The translations under genes and the position numbers were made by a program. Below are positions 61,401 to 64,000 of a DNA stretch of 64,000 bases, one piece after another. The DNA comes from Tricharina praecox (Eukaryota), in assembly GCF_024521635.1 (NCBI RefSeq), contig NW_026250413.1:806001-870000 (forward strand), given 5' to 3'. The notes under the pieces are model-generated. The model saw nothing but the letters and a program-made list of their open reading frames with translations, was not told where the DNA came from and made no database searches. The stretch's first letter is position 1. Each line of letters begins with the position of its first letter.

Positions 61401-63161
61401 TATCGGACCGGGGCCCCCAGTTTGCCTCACGGTTTTGGAAACATCTATGCTCTTGCCTCAAGATCGACGCACGGCTCTCCACGGCGTTCCACCCGCAGAC
61501 AGACGGTCAAACAGAGAGAATGAATGCGGTGATGGAACAACACCTCCGAGCATACGTGAGCTACCTGCAGGATGACTGGGTCGACTACCTATTCTTGGCA
61601 GAGTTTGCTGGCAATAACCAGGCATCCGACACTACCACCCTGTCCCCGTTTTTTGCTAACCTAGGCTACCACCCCCGTTGCGACTTCGAGCTTGACATCC
61701 GAACGGACACAAACGAAGAGCGACAGGCACAGACAGCGGCAGAGCGACTCCAGCAGATTCATGACGTTGCTCGCAGTGAGATGCGATACGCCCAAGCACG
61801 GCAGCAGGACAACACGGACCGGCACCGAATGTGACACCCTGGTCGCAGTCGGCCCGACTTCAGAGTCCGGCTGCTTACCAACGGGAGTTCAGGAAAGATA
61901 GTTAGATAGATCGGGGAACAGGAGGGGATTTTTTAGATTAGTCGTAGCTAGTCAGAGACGAGATAGGAAGGAAGGAAGCAAACGGAACCAGAGTCTAGGT
62001 GGGATCAGAGGCGCAGCGATACGCACGAAAAGTCCGATACAGTCATCCTTGACTTGAGGCAGGCGAATCGCGGAACAAGCGCAGAGGAAACTCTGATCGG
62101 AGAAAAACCACTATGACGAGTGTTGCCCCTCTTCTCGCGTCTTAAGCAAATAAGAGCCGTGCCGAAAGGCGCAGCCGTTGCCCAGCGGAGAGATAGCTGA
62201 AACCGGACTATGCTCGGGTAAGGATTGGTGCGCCATACCTGCCTAGTTTGTATAAACTATCCTGAAGGCTTACGACGACTCTGATGACATGGCGGAGAAA
62301 GTCTCCGCACCAAGTGCAGAGATTTCACGCCAGGGGTTCCATCCGGCAACAAACTACGGCAACGGCTGGCACGTGACTCGATCACATCACCCAACTATAT
62401 AGACTTCCGACGACACGACGAAAGATTCATCATCAGAATCAGCGACCAGAAAACCATCGACACTACCCCTTAAGATTATTCCGCTTGTGAAAGAAAGAAT
62501 ACTATCTATCTTCATTCTTATCCTATTCTATCAATCGACTCCGACGACCGAAATCGTTCCAGTCTCACACCGAACCCACGCACCGGCCTTCCAGCCTGGA
62601 GACTTGGTATGGATGGACGGCCGAAACTGGCGGACGGAGCGACCAAGCCGAAAACTGGAAAACAAACACCACGGACCCTATCGGATTACCCGAGCCATCG
62701 GAACCCACGCATACGAACTGGACATCCCGAACACCATCCAAAAGCACCGCACCTTCCCAGTGTCCCTCCTCCATGCATCGGCCGACGACCCCCTCCCCGG
62801 CCAGATCCTGCCGCCACCGTTACCGGTAATTGTGAACGACCAAGAAGAATGGGAGGTGGAGGAAGTGCTGGACAGCAGAACGCTGAGGGGAAGACTCCAG
62901 TACCTAGTCAAGTGGAGGGGTTTCACGGCACCGACGTGGGAACCTGAGGAGAACCTTGTGGACGTACAGGCAGTGGACGACTTCCACCAACGTTACCCAA
63001 CGAAGCCTGGACCAGTTCAACTTGCTCTCGTGGGAACTCGAGCCTTAGGAGGGGCTACTGTCACGGCTCGCGACGGGACGTTCGAGGAAGAGTCGGAACA
63101 GGGGTGGGAAGGCAGCGCGGGGGCAGTGCAAGGGGCTGCGCGGGCGGCAATGCAGGAATGA
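58431..63161 (+). pseudogene. pol: A2 pol with the same frameshift (~59875) and stops (61082, 61112) as A1, plus solo LTR-C
   Basis: ORF pieces 58431-59882, 59579-61084, 61118-61834, 62570-63161. Confidence 0.95.
61830..62569 (+). mobile_element. Solo LTR-C (740 bp, distant relative of LTR-B) inside A2 integrase
   Basis: TGTGACACCC..CCAGTCTCACA; TSD CCGAA at 61825-29 and 62570-74; shares CCTTAAGATTATTCCG and CCTGCCTAGT blocks with B. Confidence 0.93.
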
Positions 63162-63607
63162 GCCGGAGGAATTGGGGCTGTGTGCAGTAAGCAGGGGTAG
63201 TGCGGCTGCGCAGGGTATGAGTCACGGAAGTGGGGCACTGGCAAGGTGGATTTCTCAGGGTCTGGCACACGCCCACGGTCATTGTCAGGTTGCGGGAAGA
63301 AGTGGAGGATTTTCTATATAAACGGGCCGTTGCCCCTCTGTATTTAGTTCTTCACGCAACAACTTGTTAATTCAATCACTGTTACCTCTGTCCTTGCCTC
63401 GGCTGCCGTCTGCGCCGTAGTCCTTGTCCCTGCCTCTGTTCTCAGTTGCCGTCTGCACTGAGCCCTGCCTCACCTTGTCTCCTGTACCCGTCTTGCCCCT
63501 ACCGAACCCAGAACCCGATCCCCAGCCCGACTTCGCTACCTGGAGCCTTGCCCGACCGTGCCGTTACACTTTGTTGCGTCCCCCATCTCTCCACCTAGCG
63601 AACTACC

Positions 63608-64000
63608 ATGGCCACCAACACTCAGGTACCCGACGCCCCCCACCAGGACGAAGTACCGGTGGCTCCCCCCTTCTACCGAGAAATTCCCGCCGCCATCTAC
63701 GAACAACTCGAAATCATCGTCAATCACGATGCACCCGCCGACGATGCAACCCTGATGGGGTTGTACAACGAATTCAGAATCCTTGCCCGCGCAATCACCC
63801 TGTCCCCGACAGCGATACCAACCTGGCGATTCGACGACCTCGAAGAACAACTTGCGGATGCCCGCCGGATCGCCAACCGCCTCGCCACCGTCGAAGCCCA
63901 CCCTCAAAGCCGCGCTGAGCGTGTCCCAGAGCCCGCCATGTTCGACGGAACACGCGACAAACTCGAAGGGTTCGTTGCGCAACTTCGACTCAAGCTATAC
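63608..64000 (+). CDS. gag: Gag of a diverged family-A variant (A3), in tandem with A2; runs off the right edge
   Basis: MATNTQVPDAPHQDEVPVAPPFYREIPAAIYEQLEIIVNHD..PEPAMFDGTRDKLEGF, preceded by the A-type leader TTGTTGCGT. Confidence 0.92.
   Translation, partial: MATNTQVPDAPHQDEVPVAPPFYREIPAAIYEQLEIIVNHDAPADDATLMGLYNEFRILARAITLSPTAIPTWRFDDLEEQLADARRIANRLATVEAHPQSRAERVPEPAMFDGTRDKLEGFVAQLRLKLY

Larger units (their letters stand above)
56740..63568 (+). mobile_element. Family A copy A2 (defective pol; LTRs 56740-57249, 63059-63568; interrupted by solo LTR-C)
   Basis: Near-identical inverted copy of A1; 510-bp LTRs; PPT AGGAGGGG-CTAC. Confidence 0.97.

Overview
Filamentous-ascomycete genomic DNA (spliceosomal GT-AG introns with CTRAC branch sites; gene content and non-RIP-looking repeats suggest a Pezizomycete, by inference). 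Bases 1-37,000 are a dense block of housekeeping genes: PEX16 (partial), SPT16, RPC82, QCR2, a dienelactone hydrolase, an IRC6-like gene, CTF4/sepB, a peroxisomal carrier, a GH85 ENGase, COG4, VPS11, GPI13, RVB2 and CBR1. A ~4 kb gene-poor zone follows, with a LINE RNase H relic and a fold-back MITE. From 41,160 to the window end is a deeply nested island of Ty3/Gypsy chromoviruses. Family A (510-bp LTR) has two near-identical defective copies in inverted orientation, an older fragment, and a tandem copy running off the end. Family B (~689-bp LTR) has one apparently intact element, a solo LTR and related LTRs. Highlights: (i) a tiny non-coding TRIM whose 162-bp LTR carries tRNA-type Pol III A/B boxes and whose internal region is highly structured; (ii) four independent insertions in the same ~130-bp stretch of family-A integrase; (iii) tRNA-independent self-priming signatures and -1 frameshift cassettes in both autonomous families; (iv) two copies of an RT-dead element sharing identical lesions. 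All coordinates were read by eye; multi-exon CDS ranges are outer bounds.
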